Assembly (NCBI GenBank): GCA_963789465.1
Contig: CAWBLL010000009.1
Location: 406,087 to 470,086 of the forward strand
DNA: 64,000 nucleotides
Direction: 5' to 3'
Source of the DNA: an uncultured Bacteroidales bacterium
GTDB taxonomy: Bacteria; Bacteroidota; Bacteroidia; Bacteroidales; VadinHA17
How positions within the stretch are numbered: the stretch's first letter is position 1; each line of letters begins with the position of its first letter. Below the pieces are notes generated by a model that had not been told where the DNA came from, made no database searches, and saw only the letters and a list, made by a program, of their open reading frames with translations. A program made the translations under genes and the position numbers. Shown here piece by piece: positions 20,169-27,196 of this stretch.

Positions 20169-22457
20169 ATGATGAGGCTTATAGCTTTCAGAATCAGAAA
20201 TTTCAGATCAATTGTCGATACAGGCTGGCAGAACCTTTCACCCGATAATATCACCTGCCTCATAGGACAGAACGAATCAGGAAAGACATCTGTGCTTGAA
20301 GCCCTGAAGGTTTTTCATTCCGGGATCATTTCGGAAGATGTTCTCAGGAGCGATCTTTCGTTGCCTGAGGTAAGCTGCAGGTTCTCGATCCCTGAAGGCT
20401 GGCTGCTTAAAATTACTGAAAATCCCGGACCCGAACTGACTGAACTGCTTGCACGACTTGATCAGCTGGAACTCACCAGGAAATGGCTTCAGGATTTTTC
20501 ATCGGTTATAAGTGTAAGTGGAGCCATAAGTCAATATCTTGATTCACTGGATAATGCGTGGAGTCTGTATCTTACCGATGTATCTTCAAAACTGGAAAAT
20601 GAGTTGAATGACATCCGGGAGCATGAAGACATTCTTGCAAGGCTTACCGAAGAAGAATCAATACTCAGGTCGCAGCTTTCTTCTGATAATGTGTGGTCCA
20701 GGTTCATCAGGTTTTTCAGGAAGAGAAGTACGGAAAATGCCCGGCGCCCTGATGATAAGTCCGAGAATATGAATAGCAGGATGAGTAGTATAAAAAGGGA
20801 GAAAGAAAAGGTAATTTCTGAACTGGCAGAGAAGCAGGTTATTAAAAGGGTAGGAGATAAATGGAAGAAGCTCCGGGAGAAATATTATTCGCTGGATAAT
20901 CATCTGATGGAACTTTCGGCCAGGCTTGAGGAGAGGCACCAGAAAATGACACTGCTTATGAAACCTATAGATGATGAGAACGATTCGGAATGGAAAAGCG
21001 TCATTAACGACTTCCGAAAGACAAGAAGCGAGAGAGATCAGAAAAAGGCTGAGATGGACCGACAGGTTGCATTGTCGGGATACATTATCGATGGGATATC
21101 TGAAATGGTTGCAGAACAGAAGGTAGATAAAATAATCGATTCATACAGGTCGCAGTATAACAGTGAAATACTGGGCAGAAAGTATTTTGCCAGTTGTCCC
21201 GTATTTGAACTGTTCGAAGATTTTGGCAGCCTCCTGCCTAACAGGATCGACATGGGAGATATCATTTCAGGTAATGAACAGGTTGAAGGATATAAGGCAG
21301 CAAGAAATTTTCTGTCGATAGCTCAGCTCGATTATTCATTCTTTCAACAGCCTTCCAGTCGTATACTGAAACAAAAGATTGAAAACCTGAATTATAATCT
21401 GACAAGAAATTTTCATGATTTCTGGCAACAGTCAATCGGCAGTAACAATAAGATCCACATTCAATTTGAGCTGGAACATTATAACGCATCCTATGGTCCA
21501 AAGGCCGGTAAACCATACCTGGAATTCTGGATCAAGGATGAAGGGGAAAGACTCTATCCCAAGCAGAGAAGCAGGGGAGTAAGATGGTTCCTCTCTTTCT
21601 ATATGGAGCTTAAAGCCTCCGCAAACAACAGCAATAAGCAGCTTATCCTGCTTGTCGATGAACCTGGTGTCAGCCTTCATGCCAGAGCACAGGAAGATGT
21701 TCTAAAGGTATTTGATGATATAAAGGACAAGATCCAGGTCATATATACAACCCATTCACCTCATCTGGTTGAAATTAACAAGCTTCACCGTGTCCTTGCC
21801 GTTCAGAGGGACGATCTCGACAACATGAGGAGCAATACCAGGATCCTTGACCCTTTGAGATTGTCACTGGCATCGCCGGATACCCTGACACCTCTGCAGA
21901 ATATCCTGGGAAATCCAATGGCAGGTGAAGGTTTTTCGGATAAAAGAGTGAACCTGATAGTAAATGATACCGGTTCATTCTATATGCTGAACGCAATAAT
22001 TCTCCTTACAGGTTTCAAAGGACAAATTTGTGTGATACCCTCAACGAATGTATCTTCCATTCCACTGTTATGCAATATTCTGATGGGGTGGGGTATGGAC
22101 TTTGCGGTCCTTATATTTGAGAATGATGAAGAGGTGGAAATAGCCGAAATGGTCAGCAATACAGTTTACAGAACCGAAACCGGGGAGAAGGAGATTATTA
22201 TAAGGGTTCCGGATTCCTTTCTGAATGCGGAAGATCTGTTGTCGACTCTCGATTTCAAAAATTTTATCCTGAACAGCAGGGAAGGGATAACTGTTCCAAA
22301 CTCAGTTTATATAAAGGAAAAAGAGCTCCCCAGGAATTTTATGCTGAGCAGATTTCTCAACAATGTAAAGGAGGGCAGGATCAAGCCCGGGGATCTTGAT
22401 GAAGAGACTACGGAGAATTTCAGGCTTATCACGGAACTGCTGCGGGAGCTTAAATAA
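20169..22457 (+). CDS. SMC/OLD-like ABC-type ATPase (AAA_15/21/23-like) with a ~430-aa insertion containing a coiled coil and a ~170-aa C-terminal domain (possible degenerate Toprim)
   Basis: N-terminus RLIAFRIRNFRSIVDTGW...LIGQNESGKTS (Walker A, aa 33-41). Charged heptad-rich region at aa ~130-330. Signature-like RSRGVRWFLSFY (aa ~466-478). Walker B LILLVDEPG (aa 492-500). H-loop YTTHSP (aa ~526-531). C-terminal segment NLIVNDTGSFY ... AVLIFENDEE. Starts 11 nt after the PP2C stop. Confidence 0.75.
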   Translation: MMRLIAFRIRNFRSIVDTGWQNLSPDNITCLIGQNESGKTSVLEALKVFHSGIISEDVLRSDLSLPEVSCRFSIPEGWLLKITENPGPELTELLARLDQLELTRKWLQDFSSVISVSGAISQYLDSLDNAWSLYLTDVSSKLENELNDIREHEDILARLTEEESILRSQLSSDNVWSRFIRFFRKRSTENARRPDDKSENMNSRMSSIKREKEKVISELAEKQVIKRVGDKWKKLREKYYSLDNHLMELSARLEERHQKMTLLMKPIDDENDSEWKSVINDFRKTRSERDQKKAEMDRQVALSGYIIDGISEMVAEQKVDKIIDSYRSQYNSEILGRKYFASCPVFELFEDFGSLLPNRIDMGDIISGNEQVEGYKAARNFLSIAQLDYSFFQQPSSRILKQKIENLNYNLTRNFHDFWQQSIGSNNKIHIQFELEHYNASYGPKAGKPYLEFWIKDEGERLYPKQRSRGVRWFLSFYMELKASANNSNKQLILLVDEPGVSLHARAQEDVLKVFDDIKDKIQVIYTTHSPHLVEINKLHRVLAVQRDDLDNMRSNTRILDPLRLSLASPDTLTPLQNILGNPMAGEGFSDKRVNLIVNDTGSFYMLNAIILLTGFKGQICVIPSTNVSSIPLLCNILMGWGMDFAVLIFENDEEVEIAEMVSNTVYRTETGEKEIIIRVPDSFLNAEDLLSTLDFKNFILNSREGITVPNSVYIKEKELPRNFMLSRFLNNVKEGRIKPGDLDEETTENFRLITELLRELK

Positions 22458-22470
22458 AGATTTGATTTAT

Positions 22471-22501
22471 TTTGCGCTTTATCCATGTTTTTCTACATTT
22501 G
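22471..22501 (+). promoter_or_regulatory. Candidate Bacteroidota promoter: -33 TTTG (22471-22474), 19-nt spacer, -7 TACATTTG (22494-22501), driving the tRNA-Ser locus
   Basis: Both elements match the Bacteroides-type consensus (TTTG, about 19 nt, TAnnTTTG). Located 26 nt upstream of the tRNA-like fragment. Confidence 0.45.
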
Positions 22502-22526
22502 TCGCGCATTGTGGAGTTTAGAGAAA

Positions 22527-22584
22527 GGCGAGATGGGTGAGTGGCTTAAACCAGTCCCGATGGATCGGGACTAAACTGACGTAT
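22527..22584 (+). pseudogene. Truncated tRNA-Ser-like 5' half with a hairpin replacing the anticodon region
   Basis: 22530-22554 (gagatgggtgagtggcttaaaccag) is identical to 22611-22635 of the intact tRNA. Then a 16-nt palindrome tcccgatggatcggga replaces cagtttg. Then ctaaactgAcgtat versus ctaaactgCcgtat. No T-arm or 3' acceptor strand follows. Confidence 0.6.
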
Positions 22585-22607
22585 CACAATAGAGTTCATA
22601 TTTTACT

Positions 22608-22695
<88 letters not shown>

Positions 22696-22700
22696 CTTCG

Positions 22701-22740
22701 CTCGCCATAGCCCGACATAAGAAGGGCGACGGCGAGTTTT
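22701..22740 (+). terminator. Probable intrinsic terminator after tRNA-Ser(GCT)
   Basis: ctcgcc...gccc-loop-gggc...ggcgag stem followed by tttt. Confidence 0.5.
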
Positions 22741-22862
22741 CTGTTATATTTACTATGTCGATTCTATAGTTACTTTTAAGAGGCAAGCTTCGGCGGACGC
22801 AGTCCGCTGGTTCCTGAAAGACCTGAGGTAATATAAATAAAAACCCGCAAAGGTTTTATTCA

Positions 22863-22938
22863 GGAGTTGCAGGGTACCCCCCCGGGGATCACGACCGAGC
22901 CGCCGCAGGCCTATGAGGGCGTAATCCCCCTCCACCCT
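22863..22938. repeat. GC-rich ~75-nt repeat, copy A; inverted partner at 28471-28543
   Basis: ggagttgcagggtacccccccggggatcacgaccgagccgccgcaggcctatgagggcgtaatccccctccaccct aligns with the reverse complement of 28471-28543. Differences: a 2-nt C-run indel, a 6-nt block substitution within the 7-nt stretch ggcctat/gaaaggc, and a small change near the 3' end. About 65% GC against a ~40% GC background. Confidence 0.85.
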
Positions 22939-23261
22939 GTATCTCTCAGGTAAAAACCCTCATTTTACATAAAAATCGATAGAAAAAAGTTCCGGTTACT
23001 GTCATATTCAGCTTCCAACTGTAAAAACATTAATTCATTTATATATAATTAGTTATGATAAATATGCTGAAAATTATTTTTTTTGACTATGCTCTTGCTT
23101 TGCCTGAAAAAGCAGATTTACATTTTTTAACATTTAGTTTAATTATTCGATATTGATCTTGTTATGTTTCATATTTTTAGTATCTTCGCACCGTAATTTT
23201 AACAAAACGATTTTTGATAAATCGGAGGTTTTAAATAAACAAAGTATTAAAAGGTAAAAAA

Positions 23262-23855
23262 ATGAAGAACAAAGTTTTAATGGGATTAGCCACTATCGCA
23301 ATGGTCGCTTTCCTTTCGAGTTGCGGAAAAGTTCCGCAGGCAAAAGTTGATGCTGCCAACGCAGCTATCGCAGCTGCACAGTCTGCTGAAGCTGCTGTTT
23401 ATGTACCGGCTGAATTTGCAGCTGTACAGGATTCAATGAAGGCTATTGATGCTGCTATTGAAGTTCAGAAATCAAAATTATTCAAGAAATTCGGGCCTAT
23501 TGAACAGAAACTGGACGCAACATTGGCTGCAGCTAGCAAAGTAGCTACTGATGCTGGAGCTAAGAAAGAAGAAGTTAAGAAAGAGGCTGAAACCGTTTTG
23601 ACCGATATCAAAGGTGTAATTGACGAGAACGGGACTCTTATGAAAAAAGCTCCCAGAGGAAAAGAGGGAGCTGCTGTTCTTGAGCAGATGAAGACAGAGA
23701 TGACTACAATCGAGGCTTCAGTTGTTGAAGCTCAGGGTTCCTATGATAAAGGAGCCTATATGGATGCACTCAACAAGGTAAAAGCTGCAAAGGAAAGAGC
23801 CGATGGAATTAATAATGAGCTTAAGGAAGCAATTGCTAAAGTTAAGGGCAGGTAA
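23262..23855 (+). CDS. Ala-rich all-helical lipoprotein (DUF4398-like)
   Basis: Signal peptide plus lipobox FLSSCG. Repeated A-rich helical motifs (YVPAEFAAVQDSMKAIDAAI; GAYMDALNKVKAAKERAD). Ends in ...AKVKGR. Confidence 0.7.
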   Translation: MKNKVLMGLATIAMVAFLSSCGKVPQAKVDAANAAIAAAQSAEAAVYVPAEFAAVQDSMKAIDAAIEVQKSKLFKKFGPIEQKLDATLAAASKVATDAGAKKEEVKKEAETVLTDIKGVIDENGTLMKKAPRGKEGAAVLEQMKTEMTTIEASVVEAQGSYDKGAYMDALNKVKAAKERADGINNELKEAIAKVKGR

Positions 23856-23885
23856 TAATTCCGAGTACTTTTAAAGTTTTATAAA

Positions 23886-23915
23886 GCCCCCGGGATTCTC
23901 CCCGGGGTTTTTTTT
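23886..23915 (+). terminator. Intrinsic terminator
   Basis: gcccccggg-attct-ccccgggg hairpin followed by tttttttt. Confidence 0.7.
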
Positions 23916-23934
23916 AAAATTATCAGAGGGATTT

Positions 23935-25047
23935 ATGAGAAAGAGCTGGAGTAGTGTGCTGATTATTTTTGCCGTTGCAGGATCTATACCCCTGCTTATC
24001 TTTTTTTTAATCCGGATTACCCCGAATCCGCCTGTCTTAGTGATGGACCATGCCAGAAAGAAACTCTCAAAAGCTGGTGCTGCCAGGGCCGATACATATT
24101 CAAAACGACTCTATGCAGAGGCAAAAAATCTTTATGATTCGGCAATATTTAACTGGCAAAGGGAAAATAAAAGATTTCTTTTCGCCCGTGATTATCAAAA
24201 AGTGGCCAGCTTTGCAGAACTCTCCGCAAAAAAATCTACAGAAGCAGCCGACAACTCCATCAGCAGCACGACAATCCTTAAAAGCAGCATAATACAAAAA
24301 ATCGACACCCTCGACAATATCGTTGCCGATTTAAATAAGTTCTTTAAGAACTATCCTCTTGATTCAGAAACAATACGGCGTATCTCGAAGGGTAAGATGC
24401 TTCTGGAAGAAGCCAGAGTAGATTATGTGAAGGGTGAATACCTAAAATCCAACAGGAAACTGACCGATTCGGAATACCTTCTTTTTACATCGCACGACAA
24501 CGCAACCACAAACCTGAAAAACTATTTTAATTCTTATCCGACCTGGAAAAAATGGGTAAACGCCACAATTAAAGAATCAGAAAGAAATGGGGATTATTCA
24601 ATAATTATTGATAAATTTTCACGTAAATGTTTTGTCTATCAAAAGGGTACTAAAAAGTATGAGTTTATTGCTGAACTGGGAGCAAACTGGGTCGGTGATA
24701 AAAGATATAGGGGTGATAAGGCAACCCCGGAGGGAATGTATAAAGTGGCGAAAAAAATCGATGGTGGTAAAACAAAATATTATAAAGCCCTTTTGCTCGA
24801 TTATCCAAATGATGAGGATAAAAGGCATTTTAAATCCGATATCACAAATGGATTGTTGCCCGCTGATGCAGCTATCGGAGGGCTCATCGAGATTCATGGT
24901 AACGGTGGAAAAGGAATTGACTGGACAGAAGGCTGCATCGCACTAACCGACAGTGAAATTGAACTGGTATATAAAAAAGTAAGGATAGGCACTCCTGTTA
25001 CAATAGTAGGCTCAATTGTTGATCTGAAAAGTGCTGTTAACAGATAA
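23935..25047 (+). CDS. L,D-transpeptidase (YkuD domain), membrane-anchored, with an N-terminal helical DUF4398-like module
   Basis: N-terminal TM helix. KAGAARADTYSKRLYAEAKNLYDSA helical motif. C-terminal IEIHGNGGKGIDWTEGCIALTD (His...Cys YkuD catalytic motif). Confidence 0.85.
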   Translation: MRKSWSSVLIIFAVAGSIPLLIFFLIRITPNPPVLVMDHARKKLSKAGAARADTYSKRLYAEAKNLYDSAIFNWQRENKRFLFARDYQKVASFAELSAKKSTEAADNSISSTTILKSSIIQKIDTLDNIVADLNKFFKNYPLDSETIRRISKGKMLLEEARVDYVKGEYLKSNRKLTDSEYLLFTSHDNATTNLKNYFNSYPTWKKWVNATIKESERNGDYSIIIDKFSRKCFVYQKGTKKYEFIAELGANWVGDKRYRGDKATPEGMYKVAKKIDGGKTKYYKALLLDYPNDEDKRHFKSDITNGLLPADAAIGGLIEIHGNGGKGIDWTEGCIALTDSEIELVYKKVRIGTPVTIVGSIVDLKSAVNR

Positions 25048-25057
25048 AATGGTTTAA

Positions 25058-25870
25058 ATGGGAAATGACAATATCATAAACAAGGAAGCTAAAACAGAAG
25101 CAGAGAAGAAACATTCAGTTGATTCTGAGGAAGATTATGTAGATCTTCTCCATATCCTGGACTCCTTCTGGAAAAAATTGGTGGCAAACAGGACACTTAT
25201 CGTGGCCATGAGAAGGATTTTTGTTTTTTTCGTAACCCTGCTCATTGCGTTCTCTGCGGTAATGTTCGTTCTTTATTTTGTTCCGGTTTTAACTGAAATG
25301 GTTTCGGGTTCCAGTACACTGATCTCAAGCGATAAGGGGCCAGGACAGAGTGCCGGCTATAAAAAGCAGATATCCCTGGTAAACAGGGACATTCAAAGGA
25401 TGTCAAGAAAATATAATGCTTATACTACAGGCCAGTCATATATTGTGATCAATACCACTGACAACAGGTTTTATCTCTTCAGGAATAAAATACTGATCAG
25501 GGAAGGGTTCTGCAGTTCAGGCAGCTATACAATGCTTCAAACGGCAGGCGACAAACAATGGGTATTCAAAACCCCTAAAGGTAAATACTGGATCCGGGGC
25601 AAAACGACAAACCCTGTTTGGAAAAAGCCTGACTGGGCATTTGTGGAAGAAGGTTTGCCCATACCTTCCATAAACGATAACTCGAGATTTGAATATGGAG
25701 TCCTTGGCGATTACGCCCTGTCTATAGGTGACGGGTATATGATACATGGAACAATTTACAAGCGTTTTCTTGGAATGCCCGTTACCCACGGCTGTGTCAG
25801 ATTGAATGATGAGGATCTGAAAGTTATATACAATAATCTTAATGTTGGTTCGAAAGTTTATATTTTCTGA
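25058..25870 (+). CDS. L,D-transpeptidase (YkuD domain), membrane-anchored
   Basis: TM helix IFVFFVTLLIAFSAVMFVLYFV. Catalytic YMIHGTIYKRFLGMPVTHGCVRLND. Confidence 0.85.
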   Translation: MGNDNIINKEAKTEAEKKHSVDSEEDYVDLLHILDSFWKKLVANRTLIVAMRRIFVFFVTLLIAFSAVMFVLYFVPVLTEMVSGSSTLISSDKGPGQSAGYKKQISLVNRDIQRMSRKYNAYTTGQSYIVINTTDNRFYLFRNKILIREGFCSSGSYTMLQTAGDKQWVFKTPKGKYWIRGKTTNPVWKKPDWAFVEEGLPIPSINDNSRFEYGVLGDYALSIGDGYMIHGTIYKRFLGMPVTHGCVRLNDEDLKVIYNNLNVGSKVYIF

Positions 25871-25889
25871 TCCGATCCGTTAAAACACT

Positions 25890-26690
25890 ATGGAAAGAGA
25901 AAAACCCAATAATTCGTCCGGAGGAAAAACAGTTTTGGTGATACTGCTCATTCTCTGTTGTTCATTCCTGCTCTATTATTCAGTTATGTCGATGCTTGGC
26001 CCATCCAGGAAACTGGCTGAGATCAAAAAGGAAGTAACTGCGGAGAAACCTGAAAATGGTCAGGAGGAAGACAAGATCTATACCGATTCGGTCTTTTTGA
26101 ATCTGGAGAAGGAGCGAGCCTTCCTGCAATCGAGGATAATTATGGCTGAAAGTGATTCAATATATCTGACCATAAATTTTCCTGACAGCATACTGGAACT
26201 CGAAATAAGCGGTGTGGGAGTTCATGAGTCCAAAATGAGCAGTTTTAAAGTCAGCAGAATGCTGACAAAAGGGAATGAGTATATTATTTACTCAATGTTA
26301 TCTGCTCCACTTACCATATCTGACGATTTTGCAACTATTCCTAAAGAGCCTGTAATGATCAAAATGGCTCCAAAGGACACATCCGAATATAAACCTGACA
26401 TTATACCTGATACTTCCATCACCGAGCCAGTCTGTTATATATTCAAGATGACTAATGGCGTCAGGATTCATATTTACCAGGAAGAAAACGAAAAAGCGTC
26501 CGACAAGCTAGCCATACTCAAATTCGATCTGAATGACAGGCTGCGTCAGACCTGGAAAGCTATTAAAAGTGTGGCGCTTCTAAAGGTACCGGAATACTAT
26601 CCGGATATCAGGATCAGAATACCAAGGTCGGACGCAAAGATAATATATCGTGCCATTCCCAAAAAGGGCCAGATAGCTCTGTTCCTTTAG
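25890..26690 (+). CDS. Membrane-anchored hypothetical protein, possibly a non-catalytic YkuD-like fold
   Basis: N-terminal TM helix VLVILLILCCSFLLYY. The segment SIYLTINFPDSILELEISGVGVHE resembles the start of the YkuD domain of the upstream gene (SYIVINTTDNRFYLFRNKILIRE), but there is no H...GC motif. Confidence 0.4.
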   Translation: MEREKPNNSSGGKTVLVILLILCCSFLLYYSVMSMLGPSRKLAEIKKEVTAEKPENGQEEDKIYTDSVFLNLEKERAFLQSRIIMAESDSIYLTINFPDSILELEISGVGVHESKMSSFKVSRMLTKGNEYIIYSMLSAPLTISDDFATIPKEPVMIKMAPKDTSEYKPDIIPDTSITEPVCYIFKMTNGVRIHIYQEENEKASDKLAILKFDLNDRLRQTWKAIKSVALLKVPEYYPDIRIRIPRSDAKIIYRAIPKKGQIALFL

Positions 26691-26768
26691 TATTTAAATC
26701 GAAGTTCCTGTATCTTTCCAGGATGTTTTCATATATCTTTATGTTTACTTATGTAATAATATAAGATT

Positions 26769-27143
26769 ATGAAGCGTTCATGCAGGTCTTTCCCGGTAGC
26801 GTATCTGTTCCTGGTTTACATTTTTCTGACTTCATGGAGTCGTGTAACTGCTCAGGAAGCTTCCGAAACATCCCCTCCCTTGCCAGGCAATATCAACCTT
26901 ATTGTATCTGAATCCTGTATGCCTTGCCATTCTTCAAAAGGTGGGCTGCTTTCCAGAACGAAGCTGAATTTCAATGAATGGACCAACTATTCAGCAGAGA
27001 AACAAAAAAAGAAGGCTGCTAAAATGTATAAGGAATTGAAAAAAGGCGCAATGCCTCCCAAGGATGCACGTGAAAATAATCCGGATATAATACCTTCCAG
27101 GGAACAAATAGAGATTATTAAATCCTGGGCCAATTCGTTTTAG
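26769..27143 (+). CDS. Small secreted haem-binding-domain protein with a single CxxCH
   Basis: Signal peptide. CMPCHS motif followed by LNFNEW...K-rich helix, as in the Haem_bd-type small cytochrome-like family. Confidence 0.65.
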   Translation: MKRSCRSFPVAYLFLVYIFLTSWSRVTAQEASETSPPLPGNINLIVSESCMPCHSSKGGLLSRTKLNFNEWTNYSAEKQKKKAAKMYKELKKGAMPPKDARENNPDIIPSREQIEIIKSWANSF

Positions 27144-27196
27144 ACTTATGGAGATTATCCCCTGATGAAGGAGTTGCTAATTCAATTTTCTGGTCT

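Noticed and set aside
22551-22575. Reading the tRNA-like fragment as a third tRNA-Ser, with an anticodon arm formed by tcccgatggatcggga
   Set aside because: A 5-bp stem leaves a 6-nt loop, and the best fold is a 7-bp stem with a 4-nt loop. There is no U33/purine-37 geometry, no T-arm and no 3' acceptor strand.
22753-22935. A 60-aa minus-strand ORF over GC-rich repeat A, and the ORFs 28264..28545, 28516..28848, 28611..28808 and 28616..28858 over repeat B and tRNA-Ser(CGA)
   Set aside because: They overlap tRNA and repeat sequence. The two repeat copies differ by frame-shifting indels, so no peptide is conserved. The open frames are a side effect of high GC content.
22863-22938. The GC-rich repeat as a degenerate tRNA pseudogene. 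It shares tgcggcgg.ctcg and ccgggggt strings with tRNA-Ser(CGA) and has a gaggg-cgtaat-ccccc T-arm-like piece.
   Set aside because: The matching strings occur in opposite orientations relative to each other. No acceptor or D-arm can be formed. The similarity is plausibly GC-rich coincidence, so I kept it only as an unexplained repeat.
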